Shown: piece by piece, positions 33,036-45,395 of the stretch
Numbering within the stretch: the stretch's first letter is position 1
How the letters are laid out: each line of letters begins with the position of its first letter
Source: Cyanobacteria bacterium LVE1205-1
GTDB taxonomy: Bacteria > Cyanobacteriota > Cyanobacteriia > CAIUCS01
Direction of reading: 5' to 3'
Assembly (NCBI GenBank): GCA_041879355.1
Contig: CP089922.1
Coordinates: 3,155,081 to 3,219,080, forward strand
DNA: 64,000 nt
Notes under the pieces: generated by a model
Told to the model about the DNA's origin: nothing
The model's input: only the letters and a program-made list of their open reading frames with translations
Databases searched by the model: none
Made by a program: the position numbers and the translations under genes

Positions 33036-33434
33036 ATGACTCCCATCCATAAAACAGAAGCCGAATGGCAAGAGACTTTGACGGAGGAAGAATTCCGTGT
33101 ACTTCGTAAACATGGAACTGAATGTGCCTTTACTAGCCCCCTTGATAAGCATTATGAGGATGGTACCTATGTATGTGCTGGGTGTGGTTCTCCTCTGTTT
33201 TTATCTACAACAAAATTCAATAGTGGAACTGGTTGGCCCAGCTTTTTTCAGCCCATTGAGGGGGCTACCGCTACCACCATCGATCGTAGTTTTTTGATGA
33301 CCCGGGTGGAAGTCCACTGTAGCCAATGTGGGGGGCATTTAGGTCATGTATTTGATGACGGACCTGCACCTACTGGTAAACGGTTTTGTATGAATGGGGT
33401 CGCAATGCGGTTTATTCCGTCAGAATCCCAATGA
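33036..33434 (+). CDS. msrB: Peptide-methionine (R)-S-oxide reductase
   Basis: GTE, CAGC, SGTGWPSF, CSQCGGHLGHVFDDGP, RFCMN. Confidence 0.96.
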   Translation: MTPIHKTEAEWQETLTEEEFRVLRKHGTECAFTSPLDKHYEDGTYVCAGCGSPLFLSTTKFNSGTGWPSFFQPIEGATATTIDRSFLMTRVEVHCSQCGGHLGHVFDDGPAPTGKRFCMNGVAMRFIPSESQ

Positions 33435-33454
33435 ATGTGATTGTTCCCCCATCC

Positions 33455-34461
33455 ATGGATAAACAACGAGTCCTCTCTGGAGTTCAGCCCACCGGAAATT
33501 TGCACCTCGGCAATTACCTAGGGGCAATTCGCAACTGGGTTGAGGTACAGGATCAATATGAGAATTATTTTTGTGTGGTTGATCTCCATGCCATCACCGC
33601 TCCCCATAATCCATCCACCCTAGCTGAAGACACATACACCATTGCGGCTCTTTATTTGGCTTGCGGGATAGACCTGAATCATTCCACCATCTTTGTTCAG
33701 TCCCATATTTCAGCTCATAGTGAATTAGCCTGGTTACTCAATTGTCTGACACCCATCAACTGGTTACACGACATGATCCAGTTTAAGGAAAAGGCTATTA
33801 AACAGGGGAAAACGTCAGCATGGGTTTGCTAGACTATCCGGTATTAATGGCGGCTGATATTTTGCTCTACCAAGCTGATAAGGTACCCGTTGGTGAAGAT
33901 CAAAAGCAACATTTGGAGCTGACTAGGGATATTGTGGATCGGTTTAATCACCAATTTGGTGGTGGTCAGGCTATCTTGAAACGCCCCAACCCCATGATTC
34001 GCCATGAGGGAGCAAGGGTAATGAGTTTAACGGATGGTACCAAAAAAATGTCCAAATCTGATCCCTCGGAATTGAGTCGCATTAACCTACTCGACTCCCC
34101 TGATGAAATTCAAAAGAAGATTAAAAAATGTAAGACTGATCCATACCGTGGTCTTGCCTTTGGAGTCGTTGACCGTCCAGAGTGCCATAATTTACTGACC
34201 CTCTATATGGTTTTATCGGGACAATCCAGGGAGAAGGTCGCTGCCGAGGGTGAGGATATGGGTTGGGGTCAGTTTAAACCCCTGCTCACTGACACGATTA
34301 TTGAAGCATTGCGACCCATCCAGTCCATGTACACCCAAGTGCGATCGGAACCCACCTATCTGGAGTCGGTGTTGACCCATGGACGGGAAAGGGCTGAAGT
34401 GTTAGCCAATAAAACCCTAGAGCGGGTGAAAGAGGCTCTTGGGTTTAGCCGTCCCCGTTAA
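33455..34461 (+). CDS. trpS: Tryptophan--tRNA ligase (apparent frameshift ~33805-33812)
   Basis: SGVQPTGNLHLGNY, YPVLMAADIL, VPVGEDQKQH, KMSKS. Confidence 0.96.
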
Positions 34462-34480
34462 CTGTTTTTTTTTGAGTCCC

Positions 34481-35701
34481 ATGGAGAAAACTGAACTACA
34501 CCAATTCCGACAGCAATTTCCTGCTTTGACCCACAAGGTCTATTTTAATTTTGGTGGACAGGGACCCATGTCCCATGAAACAATGACAGCCATTGCTAAT
34601 TCCTTTGCCCATATTCAGTCTAAGGGTCCCTTTTCTAAGCAAACCAATGATTGGGTCCGGGAAGAATGTCATTTGACCCGCACGACCATTTCCTCTGCCC
34701 TTGGGGTTGAACCCACCACCATTAGTTTGACAGAGGATGTATCGGTGGGATGTAATATTGTCCTCTGGGGGCTAGATTGGCAGGCAGGGGATCATTTACT
34801 AATGACCGATTGCGAGCATCCCGGCATCATTGCTGCTATTCAGGAACTACAACGACGAATGGGGTTAGAGGTAACCATTTGTCCAATTTCCCAAACTCTT
34901 AATCAACCCCATACTCACCAGGCTATCCTGGAATTAGTACAGAAACATTTGCGTCCCCGCACCCGATTGGTTGTCCTCAGCCATATATTCTGGAATACGG
35001 GGCAGGTATTACCCTTAGATGAGATCGTTGACCTATGCCATAGCCAAGCCAACCCAGTAAGGGTGTTAGTGGATGCAGCCCAATCGGTAGGAATGATTCC
35101 CCTAAACTTAACCCAATTAGGGGTGGACTTTTATGCCTTTACTGGTCATAAATGGTGGTGCGGACCAGAGGGGTTAGGGGGGTTATATGTGAGTCCCGAA
35201 GCAAGAGAGCGGTTAAGTCCTACATTCATTGGCTGGCGGAATCTCATTGCTGACCCCCAAGGGAATCCGGTGGGTTGGCAACCCCATGGACAACGGTATG
35301 AGATTGCAACTTCTGCCTATCCACTGTATGCCGGATTACGTGAATCCTTGAATATTCATAATCGCTGGGGTACGGATGAAAACCGATATCAACGGATCCT
35401 GTCCCTTAGTCGTCATCTGTGGCAACAGCTACAAACCGTACCAACGGTGCGATGTGTACAAAACCAATCACCCCAGTCGGGTTTGGTTTCCTTGCAATTA
35501 CTGAGTCAACAACCATCCACTGTATCCCACGCTGAATTGGTTCAGGTTCTAGAAGATCAGGGTATTTTAATTCGTGCAATCCCCAACCCTAACTGTGTCC
35601 GAGTCAGTATCCATTATTTTACTTTAGAGTCAGAAATTAATACCTTGGTCAGGGCGATCGCTCGCTGGTCAACCCCTGATCCACTGGTTGAAAATGGGTG
35701 A
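34481..35701 (+). CDS. Aminotransferase class V, cysteine/cystine lyase-like
   Basis: YFNFGGQGP, DCEH, VDAAQSVG, AFTGHKWWCGPEG. Confidence 0.85.
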   Translation: MEKTELHQFRQQFPALTHKVYFNFGGQGPMSHETMTAIANSFAHIQSKGPFSKQTNDWVREECHLTRTTISSALGVEPTTISLTEDVSVGCNIVLWGLDWQAGDHLLMTDCEHPGIIAAIQELQRRMGLEVTICPISQTLNQPHTHQAILELVQKHLRPRTRLVVLSHIFWNTGQVLPLDEIVDLCHSQANPVRVLVDAAQSVGMIPLNLTQLGVDFYAFTGHKWWCGPEGLGGLYVSPEARERLSPTFIGWRNLIADPQGNPVGWQPHGQRYEIATSAYPLYAGLRESLNIHNRWGTDENRYQRILSLSRHLWQQLQTVPTVRCVQNQSPQSGLVSLQLLSQQPSTVSHAELVQVLEDQGILIRAIPNPNCVRVSIHYFTLESEINTLVRAIARWSTPDPLVENG

Positions 35702-35754
35702 ATAGAGTATAATCCACTAACCTTTCCCTAGTCTTCTTACTGTAAAAATTAAGC

Positions 35755-37183
35755 ATGTACGACAAAATTACTGCCCCCAATCCGGTTCACGAATTAGATT
35801 TGAAAACGGTGTTCCAATCGTCCCTGATGACCCTATTATTCCTTTCCTTCGGGGGGATGGGACAGGGATTGATCTATGGCCGGCATCTCAACATGTCTTT
35901 GACTCAGCGGTAAAAGCAGCCTATGGGGGTCAGCGTCAGATCCATTGGTTTAAGGTGTTTGCAGGGGATGAAGCTTGTGAACTCTATGGCACCTATCAAT
36001 ATCTTCCCCAAGATACCTTAACTGCTATTGGGGAATATGGAGTAGCCATTAAGGGTCCTTTAACGACCCCCGTTGGCGGTGGGATTCGTTCTCTTAACGT
36101 GGCACTCCGGCAAATCCATGATTTATATGCTTGCGTTCGCCCTTGTAAGTATTATTCTGGAACTCCCTCCCCCCATCGTCATCCTGAGAAGCTGGATGTA
36201 ATTATTTATCGGGAAAACACTGAAGATATTTATCTAGGCATTGAATGGAGACAGGGGACGCCAATCGCCAATCAATTAATTCATTTATTAAATACGGATT
36301 TGATTCCTGCAACACCGGAACATGGGAAAAAGCAAATTCCCCTCGATTCAGGGATTGGGATAAAGCCAATTAGTAAAACTGGGTCACAACGGCTAATCCG
36401 TCGTGCAATTCGTCATGCCCTTCGTCTCCCCGGGGTAAACAACTGGTGACCTTAGTTCACAAGGGAAATATCATGAAGTACACGGAGGGTGCCTTTCGAG
36501 ATTGGGGGTATGAGGTAGTTAAAACGGAATTTCGGGGTGAATGTGTGACTGAACGTGAATCTTGGATCCTGGATAACTATGAAAAACAACCTGGGCTATC
36601 GTTAGCTCACCAAGCTCAACTCATTGATCCTGGTTTTGATGCCCTGACTCCGGATAAACAAACTCAGGTTTGCCAGGAAATACAAGAGGTATTAGAAACC
36701 ATTTGGGCAACCCATGGAAATCAACAATGGCGACAGAAAGTCATGGTAAATGACCGGATTGCTGATAGTATTTTCCAGCAAATCCAAACACGTCCCGACG
36801 AATATTCAATTTTGGCAACTATGAATCTCAATGGGGATTATTTATCCGATGCCGCTGCTGCCATTGCTGGGGGACTGGGCATGGCACCAGGTGCCAATAT
36901 TGGTGATAACTGCGCTATTTTTGAGGCAACCCATGGTACTGCTCCAAAACATGCTGGCTTAGACCGGGTAAACCCGGGCTCATTGATTCTGTCTGGAGTC
37001 ATGATGTTAGAATTTATGGGTTGGCAGGAGGCTGCCGAACTGATTAAAATAGGGGTGGAAAGGGCGATCGCCAGTCAGGAAGTGACCTACGATTTAGCTC
37101 GTCTTTTAGAACCACCGGTTGAAAAACCACTAAAGTGTTCTGAATTTGCTGAGGCAATTATTCGGCATTTCCATCATTCATGA
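35755..37183 (+). CDS. icd: NADP-dependent isocitrate dehydrogenase (apparent frameshifts ~35778 and ~36430-36440)
   Basis: MYDKITAP.., [59 protein letters not shown]. Confidence 0.95.
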
Positions 37184-37444
37184 TTCTCTTTATTTTTAAC
37201 TCCTCTCAATCTTGGAGATAAGGGGATGGCTAAGGTCTTGGAATTTCCACCAAGTTAAGGTAAAAGTTAGTTGACCCAGGGAAGTGGGATACACCCGAGA
37301 ATACTTCTCAAAAAAACTAGTTCATTTATCACTATCATTTATGACTGAATGTTGCCAAATAATCAGGTCAGTGGGTCAGGAAGCTATGAATCTAAGAGAA
37401 AACATCACTATTTTTAAGGTATCCGCCTGGTGATCTCTTAAACA

Positions 37445-37801
37445 ATGGAATTAAAATCTTTCTATCATGAGGTACCTATGAAGCTCTTTATCCTAAGTTC
37501 AGCATGTAGTTTTATCACATTATTGGTTGGAATAACTCTTCCCGTGTATCCTACCTTAGCCCAACCCACTCCAACCAACGCTATCCAAGACTTACAAAAT
37601 CAAGATACATCCCGTGATCCATTTTCATCCCGTGGCAACCCTACAGGAGGCTTGTATGATCTAATTCATCAAGCCCAAATGGGGAGCATTCGCAATTTGG
37701 AAGACTTTCGATCCGATCAACAAGAAAGCTTAGACGAAGAAACTATCCGGTTTCGTGCGGCTCAGACAGAACGATTACAGCAATCCTCTCCCAAACCCTA
37801 A
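37445..37801 (+). CDS. Hypothetical exported protein
   Basis: Signal-peptide-like segment followed by DPFS..DLIHQAQ. Confidence 0.55.
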   Translation: MELKSFYHEVPMKLFILSSACSFITLLVGITLPVYPTLAQPTPTNAIQDLQNQDTSRDPFSSRGNPTGGLYDLIHQAQMGSIRNLEDFRSDQQESLDEETIRFRAAQTERLQQSSPKP

Positions 37802-37881
37802 TTCCCCCTAATGATTGGATGGGTTCCCAAGATAAAACCAGTAATTCTCTGGGAATTACTCCTTTGTTTTTCATTAAAAAA

Positions 37882-39428
37882 ATGTCATTCTCAGCTTTCC
37901 TAAAAGAGTGGTTACAGACTATCAAGCCAGCCTACATTGGGTTGGCACTTGCCTTCTTTATCCCCATTTACTTAGCGTTTCTTGGACTTGAAAGACCTTA
38001 CGATGCCATACCCGATCAAGATTTACTTTGGATTGCCGAATCACTGCGACTGTATAGGGATTCCCCTCCAACCTATCCGGATCATCCTGGGGTCTATTGG
38101 ACGTTAAGTTACACTCTAAAATTAAAAGTTTTGTCATTTATTGGGCTAGTAGCAACAGAACCAAGTCAACCAATATCCATTCAAGATGCCACATTACTCA
38201 CTCAACTGGCTAGGATTGAAAATGGATTTCTTTGTTCTCTGTGTGTAATTAGTGGTTGGTCCTTGTTTAGAATTTTAGGGATTAACCAAGGGTTATGCAG
38301 TTTAATTTTATCGGCAATGTTTTGTTCCACTGGTATTTTTCTTGCTGTGGGTAACATTCGCAACGAAGTCACTAGCCTATTATTTTTACTCACCTACATA
38401 AACCTCAATTGGCTTGCATATTCTTTGCCGACTACCAGCATCAGAGGAAAATACGTCACTTTAGTACTCGCTCTTCTATCATTTTTCCTTGCTGTCTACT
38501 GTAAAATACAAATCTTACTTTTATCCCCATTTGCTTTTTTGGTTTGTTTATATATATGGGGAATAAACGGATTTCCCAGATTATTAAAATTCTGGTTTGA
38601 CTCCCCAGGTTTCGCTGCATTAAACATGGGGGGCTTGATAGGATTGGGGGTGTTTTACCCTGGTTTATTTCATCTTGGGATAATCGCCCATCCCATGGCA
38701 TTGATTTTATAGATGCTACATTCTGGACAATGATTAATTTGTCTCTTTTGTTAGTATTAATGTGTGCATCTGACTTAATTCGACCACCCTTACTAATACT
38801 AAAAAAAATCTGGGTTGCAATTGCATTATTAAATATTACAGAAGTCATCGTATCAAAGTTCATTGCTCATCCCATATGGAGTAGGCAAGTTTTTAGTTTT
38901 CCGAGTAATTCCATTGGCTTTATATATAATAGGGATCGTATTGAATTATTATTTTCAACAATCTTTCAATATTTGAATGATCTTTCTATTTTCCCTAGTT
39001 TTTTAATATGTATTGCTGTCCTTTGTATCACTGTTTTTTTAATTATTTTAGTTGTTAAAACTCGACGGCTGGATGAACTATGGCTGCCGTTAATTTGGAT
39101 ATTACTAGCATTGATTTGGATCGTTAATTCTAGCCGTTATCAATCATTCTATACCCTATACCTGTTTTTACCAACGACTCTTACACTAGGAATAACCTTA
39201 AAAAAGATCCATGGTGGACGATTTCAAACGATAATTTTTTTCTGCTCGATGATTCTACTAGCAGGGATTATTTTAAGGTCAGTCCACAATCTATCTAATA
39301 TTTCTGATTTTGCGTATCAAAATCAAGGATCGCAATCGCTATGTACCAATCAAGCAATGGATGTATTGATGAGTAATACTTCCATTGGTCGCTGCACAGA
39401 ATTTAAGAAAAAATTTAAGCTTCACTAA
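37882..39428 (+). CDS. Polytopic membrane protein, possibly a GT-C-type glycosyltransferase (apparent frameshift at G run ~38627-38633)
   Basis: Two hydrophobic ORFs in tandem joined across a G run; loop motif PDQD..DHPG after the first TM; AT-rich. Confidence 0.5.
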
Positions 39429-39444
39429 CGGGTTCCATCCTCAC

Positions 39445-41448
39445 TTATGGCTGATGTCCTAATAACTTAGAACGCAACCGCTTAATTCGATCCCGATACT
39501 TAGCCGCCTGTTCATATTCCAATTGTTTTGCTGCTGCTTTCATTTGCACTTCTAACTGAGTGATTAGTTCTGGTACATTTTCCAAGGGTAAATCATCCAC
39601 TTGTTCACAAGCAGCATCCAATTCTTGAGCATTTAAGCGCCTAGATACTTCTAAGAAGGAGAGGATGGCATTGGTTGATTTTTTGATAATTGGTTTGGGG
39701 ATGATGCCATGGGTTTGGTTATATTCCAGTTGAATTACTCGACGACGCTCGGTGGCAGCAATTGCCTTATTCATGCTTTCTGTAAACTGATCAGCATAAA
39801 GGATGGCTTGACCATGAATATGTCTTGCTGCCCGACCGATAGTTTGGATTAGGGACCGCTCTGCCCTTAGAAATCCTTCCTTATCGGCATCTAAAATTGC
39901 CACCAGGGAAACTTCAGGTAAGTCCAGCCCTTCCCGAAGCAAGTTTACACCAATCAGTACATCAAATCGACCTTGCCGCAAGTCCTGTAAGATTTCAATC
40001 CGTTCTATGGAATCAATTTCTGAATGCAAATAACGCACCTGGATGGCTCGTTCTTGGAAATAATCTGTTAAATCCTCTGCCATTCGTTTCGTTAAAGTCG
40101 TAATTAATACCCGTTCCTGTCGCTGCACCCGAATTTGAATTTCAGCCAACAGGTCATCCACCTGACCATGGGTGGGGCGGACAAACAACTCAGGATCTAC
40201 CACCCCAGTTGGACGAATCACTTGTTCAACAATCCATTTCCCAGATTGTTCAATTTCCCAATCACCAGGGGTGGCGGATACAAATACACATTGATTCACC
40301 TTCCCCCAAAACTCATCTGATTTTAGTGGTCGGTTATCGGCTGCACTGGGCAAACGGAAACCATGGTCAATGAGTACCTTCTTTCGAGCCTGGTCACCAT
40401 TGTACATCCCTCGAATTTGGGGGACAGTAACATGGGACTCATCCACGACCAACAACCAGTCGCTGGGAAAATAATCAATTAAACATTCTGGAGCTTGTCC
40501 CGCCTCCCGCCCAGCCAAATGTCGGGAATAGTTTTCTACTCCATTGCAATATCCCACCTCTTGTAGCATTTCTAAATCATAACGGGTGCGTTGCTCCAAT
40601 CGCTGGGATTCGAGTAACTTACCCTCCTGTTCCAAAATCAATAGTTGCTGTTGCAGTTCCCATCGAATGGCATTACAAGCATCCTGTAATCGTTCTTCGG
40701 GGGTAACAAAGTGGCGAGCAGGATAAATATTCAGGGCTGGTACACTCTGTAGGGTTGCCCCGGTTACTGGATCAATGTAACGAATCCCATCAATTTCATC
40801 ACCAAAAAACTCCACCCGAATAATTCGGTCTTCGTAGGCTGGTCCAATTTCTAAGACATCTCCCTTCACCCGAAACCGACCCCGACCAACATCCAAGTCA
40901 TTCCGACTGTATTGCACATTCACCAAATCCCTTAAAATTCCCCGTAGTTCCACTTCTTGTCCAACTCGAAGGGGAATTGATGCTTTTAAGTATTCCGATG
41001 GAATTCCTAAACCATAAATACAACTGATTGAGGCTACCACGATCACGTCCTTGCGTTCAAACAGGGAACGAGTTGCAGAATGTCGTAGCATATCGATCTC
41101 TTCATTTATTGCTGAACTTTTGGCAATATAAGTATCGGAAACGGGTATGTAGGCTTCTGGTTGGTAGTAGTCGTAGTAACTGATAAAATATTCCACAGCG
41201 TTGTCAGGGAAAAACTCCCGCAGTTCATTACATAGTTGAGCAGCAAGGGTCTTATTATGGGCTAAAACTAAGGTGGGCTTGTTGATTTCAGCAATAACAG
41301 CAGCCATGGTGAAGGTTTTTCCAGTGCCCGTGGCACCCCACAGGGTTTGGTAAGCATGTCCTGAACGAATGGATTGGGTTAGTTTTGCGATCGCCTGGGG
41401 TTGGTCGCCAGTGGGTTGGTAGGGTGCTTTTAGCTTAAAGGTAAGCAT
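39445..41448 (-). CDS. uvrB: Excinuclease ABC subunit B
   Basis: [43 protein letters not shown]-terminal UVR domain. Confidence 0.98.
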   Translation of the reverse strand: MLTFKLKAPYQPTGDQPQAIAKLTQSIRSGHAYQTLWGATGTGKTFTMAAVIAEINKPTLVLAHNKTLAAQLCNELREFFPDNAVEYFISYYDYYQPEAYIPVSDTYIAKSSAINEEIDMLRHSATRSLFERKDVIVVASISCIYGLGIPSEYLKASIPLRVGQEVELRGILRDLVNVQYSRNDLDVGRGRFRVKGDVLEIGPAYEDRIIRVEFFGDEIDGIRYIDPVTGATLQSVPALNIYPARHFVTPEERLQDACNAIRWELQQQLLILEQEGKLLESQRLEQRTRYDLEMLQEVGYCNGVENYSRHLAGREAGQAPECLIDYFPSDWLLVVDESHVTVPQIRGMYNGDQARKKVLIDHGFRLPSAADNRPLKSDEFWGKVNQCVFVSATPGDWEIEQSGKWIVEQVIRPTGVVDPELFVRPTHGQVDDLLAEIQIRVQRQERVLITTLTKRMAEDLTDYFQERAIQVRYLHSEIDSIERIEILQDLRQGRFDVLIGVNLLREGLDLPEVSLVAILDADKEGFLRAERSLIQTIGRAARHIHGQAILYADQFTESMNKAIAATERRRVIQLEYNQTHGIIPKPIIKKSTNAILSFLEVSRRLNAQELDAACEQVDDLPLENVPELITQLEVQMKAAAKQLEYEQAAKYRDRIKRLRSKLLGHQP

Positions 41449-41510
41449 GATAGGGATGAATTGGATAAAAACTTAAGGAATGAATTCAGTCCAATGGCGG
41501 TTGGGGTAGA

Positions 41511-41610
41511 GAGTATCCCACTGTTGTCCAGTTTCCCTCATCCCCTAACCCCTTCTCCTATTCTGGGAGAGGGGGTTAGGGTTGAGGGCTTGCAAAATTG
41601 GGGTGTACCC
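41511..41610. repeat. Short dispersed hairpin repeat (CCCTCA.CCCC..CCCCTTCTCC..GGAGAGGGG type)
   Basis: Core and GCAAAA.TGGG end are shared with 54168-54282; its start GAGTATCCCA is the reverse complement of that copy's end. Confidence 0.7.
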
Positions 41611-41673
41611 GTTGGAGTAGCCATCAGCTACCAACAGAGTTTTACTTCCCAATAAATTTCCCAATCCCACTGA

Positions 41674-41907
41674 TCAGTTTGTGGAATTGGGACGATCTGT
41701 ACTCCATGCCCACCACGCCTGATCACATGCACAGTAGTAAAACTCTTGCCACTTTTTACGATGATCTTCAGTGAAAACAGGGGAGCTTCGATTCAGCCAT
41801 ACCCGTTCAGCAGCCATGGATAGGGAGCCGCAAGCCGGACAACAAAAACCATGGGCATGGATGGCAGTGGTTGTCCACTGGGGAGGGACAGGGTCAAAGG
41901 CATTCAT
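41674..41907 (-). CDS. Small Cys-containing cyanobacterial hypothetical protein
   Basis: CPAC..VWLNR.SPV..KWQEFYYCAC..WWAWS; AGGAG RBS upstream. Confidence 0.7.
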   Translation of the reverse strand: MNAFDPVPPQWTTTAIHAHGFCCPACGSLSMAAERVWLNRSSPVFTEDHRKKWQEFYYCACDQAWWAWSTDRPNSTN

Positions 41908-42010
41908 AATGCTCCTGTTTGAATGAAGTAAATCTTGACGGAAGTTCTTGAATGGGACAGTTTGAAAGTATAAGTATAAAAGTATAATAATGTTGAAGTG
42001 GTTATTTTTT

Positions 42011-42094
42011 GCGGAACTGGCGGAATTGGTAGACGCGCTAGATTCAGGTTCTAGTGTTTGCAAAGACTTCCGGGTTCAAGTCCCGGGTTCCGCA
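42011..42094 (+). tRNA. tRNA-Leu (CAG)
   Basis: GCGGAACTGGCGGAATTGGTAGACGCG-CTAGA TT CAG GT TCTAG, variable arm, CCGGGTTCAAGTCCCGG-GTTCCGCA. Confidence 0.96.
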
Positions 42095-42132
42095 TCCTAA
42101 ACAATTCATTTTCTTATCCTTCCCCCAACCCC

Positions 42133-42918
42133 ATGCTAACCAGTCTTCAAAACCCACTGGTCAAGCACATTCGGAAATTACATCGTCCCCAAGGACGACG
42201 GCAAGAACAACAGTGTTTGTTAGAGGGTACCCACTTGGTGGAAGTTGCTTGCCAGGTAAATTATCCACTGATTATTGTTTGCTATACTCCCCACTGGCAA
42301 TCCACCCATGCTACCCTGTTTACCTTACTGCATCAAACTGGAGTTCGGTTAGAACAGGTTAGTCCTGAAGTTTTAAGTGCGATGGTAACCACCGTGCATC
42401 CTGATGGGGTGGTGGCGATCGCCCATCAACGGCATCCAGCGGCTCTTCCTATTCCGTTTCCCCAATGGGGATTGGCATTGGAAACCATTCAAGACCCTGG
42501 CAACATGGGTACTCTGATCCGTACCGCTGTGGCTACTGGAGTAGGGGCAATGTGGGTGAGTCAGGACAGTGTTGATATCCACCACCCTAAGGTTTTACGT
42601 GCTTCTGCGGGGGAATGGTTTCGTCTACCTATGGAAGTGTGTCGTGACTTGTCGGTTCAGGTTCAGTCCTGCCGAAGGGCGGGGATACAAGTCATTGCAA
42701 CCATACCCACTGCCCCATTCACTTATTGGCAAGTAGACTTTAACCAACCCACCCTCATTTTGCTAGGAAATGAAGGGGAGGGATTATCTTCCCCTTTATT
42801 GGATTTAGCTGATGTAAGGGTTTCCATTCCCTTGCAAGGGGGAGTGGAATCCCTTAATGTGAGTATTGCCGCTGCCCTACTCCTATATGAAGCCCGGCGA
42901 CAATGTTTACCATGCTAA
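42133..42918 (+). CDS. TrmH family RNA methyltransferase
   Basis: TSLQNP, IQDPGNMGTLIRT, LGNEGEG, ESLNV. Confidence 0.92.
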   Translation: MLTSLQNPLVKHIRKLHRPQGRRQEQQCLLEGTHLVEVACQVNYPLIIVCYTPHWQSTHATLFTLLHQTGVRLEQVSPEVLSAMVTTVHPDGVVAIAHQRHPAALPIPFPQWGLALETIQDPGNMGTLIRTAVATGVGAMWVSQDSVDIHHPKVLRASAGEWFRLPMEVCRDLSVQVQSCRRAGIQVIATIPTAPFTYWQVDFNQPTLILLGNEGEGLSSPLLDLADVRVSIPLQGGVESLNVSIAAALLLYEARRQCLPC

Positions 42919-42934
42919 CTGCATCAGTTTGAGT

Positions 42935-44523
42935 TTACCGTCGTTTCCACCAGAGAATACCAGCCATTAAAAACCCTAATAGAGGTAACCCCAATAAGGC
43001 AATGACGTTAATCATATTTCCTCGCAAACTGGACAATACAATACGGCGATCCTTGGCTTCCTTTGGTCGAATAGATAAAACCTGTTCAGTTCTTTGACTT
43101 AACCAGGTAACCGAATTCAGAAAAATATCTCCATTTAACTGTTGGGTAAATAACCCATCTAACATAAAACGTGAATTACCAATGACCACTAATCGTTGTT
43201 TAAGGAGGGGAGCGTCGGGATTTGGGGAGGCTAAGGGAGAAGGACTGGGTTTTGAGACATCTTTCTCCAACGCCACTCCTAAGGTGAGGGGTCCTTTCAG
43301 GTCGTTACCCTGATCAAATTGAACCCCATTATCCTGTATATTACTTTCAGCCCAACTCTGGGAATTAGTATACAGTAAGGGGCTGGAAGTGATCCCATTA
43401 GTTGCAGTGGTCACCACGGGACGGGCTTGGGGATAGAAGGAGATCCCACCTTGTAAGTCTTTTGTAATGGGATGATCGCCATAACGAGTCACCAAAGGAA
43501 CTGTGGTTCCATAACCCACAATCCCTCCCTGGGGATCAATAATTAACCGAGAGTCTAATGTTACCCCCCATTCATTGAGTAAATTAGCTAATTCCGGGTT
43601 AGTGTTGGGATCAATCATCACCATCAGCCCTCGCCCCCGTTGCAAATAGGTTTTCAAGGCATCCACTTCTGTCTTAAACAAGGCTCGCTTTGGTCCGGCA
43701 ATGATCACCACATTGGCATCTTCAGGAATAGCCACCGATTTACCTGAGCCTAATTCAGCCAGATTAAGGGGTACATTGGTATAGTTTTTATCAACGAGAT
43801 AACTATAGGCTTGAGAAAGTTGTTGGGGGGTATGTTCCCCATGCCCTTGTAAAAAATAAACCTTTTCTTGACGTCCGCTCCCCAGTTGTTCTAGGGTAGT
43901 GGTGAGTTTGGCTTCAGATAACCGTTCCTGTGGATTAACCGTTTGAATATATTGACGGCGTTGCCCTGATTCCAAGTAAACATCCCCCTGCGCTTTCACC
44001 CCAAATTTTTCTGCCAAGGCTGGTCGGGCTTGAGGATCGGCAAATTCAAAACTAAACGCTGAATTTTGTTTGCGATAATTGTCCAGTAATGCTTCATCCT
44101 GAGGGTTTTTAGCCGTAGAAAATACCCACACCTTGACTGATTCTTTCAGTTTTTTCACCACTGCCTGGGACTGGGGGTAAAGGGAATAAACCTGGGCTTC
44201 GGTAAGGTCTAGGCGAAAAGTGTAACGGGTACCTAAAAAATTGACCATGCCGAGTACTAAAAGCAATGCCACAATGGTAACAAGTGCATTAGCACCAGAC
44301 TGGGTGGAGCGACGATTCCAGAATGTAAGGGTATCTACGGGGTGGGGACGAATGGCTTGAATGATCAGCCAAGCTCCGGTGATTACTCCCCAGCCGATGT
44401 CATTGTTAGGGGGATAGGGCTAAAGGATACCACCAGCCCAGCAGTTACCCCGGCTATCAACAATATAGGTCCCAGCCAAAAGAAGAGTGACCAGGGAAAT
44501 TTAGATAGAATCGATAATTTCAT
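42935..44523 (-). CDS. GldG-like ABC transporter auxiliary component (apparent frameshift ~44340-44348)
   Basis: RLDLT..YSL, KVYFLQGHGE, IAGP, HPIT, NGDIFLNSVTWL, C-terminal TM. Confidence 0.85.
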
Positions 44524-44555
44524 GGAGAAAAGGCTGAAGAAAATAAGAATTCAGG

Positions 44556-45362
44556 CTAAGAACGCTGGTACCGTAAGGCATCAATGGACTGGGCTGTGAG
44601 AAACAACCCGGTAAAAATATAGGATGCAAATACTAATAAACTACTACTGTCAACCACCCCTTGAATCAGGTTGGTATAATGTTTTAATAATGATAAATGA
44701 CTGAGAATATCACCCATGGGTCCCCCCATTGATTTAGCTGCCCCATCAATGACCCAGAGAACAATCACTAGGGCAAAGGTTAAAATGGCTGACAGGATAG
44801 TGCTATCGGTTAAGGATGAAATAAACATTCCTAGGGAAAGGATGCTGGCAGCTAATAGAATAACCGCCCCATGTCCCAATAATACAATCCCAATGGAAAA
44901 AGGAGGGTTGGATGCCCCTAGGGCGATCGCCTCATAGATGAGTAATGGCATGAGGAGGGTCACAAAGAAAGTTAATACCCCTAATAATTTACCCAAGGCT
45001 ACTGCCCAATTGGTAATGGGGGAGGTGGACAACAACTCTAAGGTACCCCGTTTACGTTCTTCTGTATAAAGCCCCATGGACAGCATGGGCAAAATGACTA
45101 ACGCAATTGATGAAAGAGAACCCAAAAAATTTTGCACCACTAAATAGGGGACATCCACCGAAGGGGCACCCTGTCCACCAAGTTGCTGCCGTTGCAAATC
45201 AAAAGCAGCGGCGTTTTCAATAAGTTGTTGCAGTATGATACTAAAAAAGAACCCAGCCAAAAACCAAAATATTCCAGCAATTAAGTAAGCAAAGGGAGAT
45301 GAAATATAGCTTTGCAACTCCTTACGGTAAATGGCTAAAATGTTACCCATGATAATACCCAT
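44556..45362 (-). CDS. ABC-2 type permease (GldF-like)
   Basis: KELQSYISSP, EERKRGTLELLSTSP, GKLLG; multiple TM helices. Confidence 0.9.
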   Translation of the reverse strand: MGIIMGNILAIYRKELQSYISSPFAYLIAGIFWFLAGFFFSIILQQLIENAAAFDLQRQQLGGQGAPSVDVPYLVVQNFLGSLSSIALVILPMLSMGLYTEERKRGTLELLSTSPITNWAVALGKLLGVLTFFVTLLMPLLIYEAIALGASNPPFSIGIVLLGHGAVILLAASILSLGMFISSLTDSTILSAILTFALVIVLWVIDGAAKSMGGPMGDILSHLSLLKHYTNLIQGVVDSSSLLVFASYIFTGLFLTAQSIDALRYQRS

Positions 45363-45395
45363 GGAAACGAACTACCCCTCCTGAAAAAACAACGG

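Noticed and set aside
35707-35720. NtcA-like site GTA-N8-TAA upstream of icd
   Set aside because: One mismatch to GTA-N8-TAC and no convincing -10 at the expected spacing.
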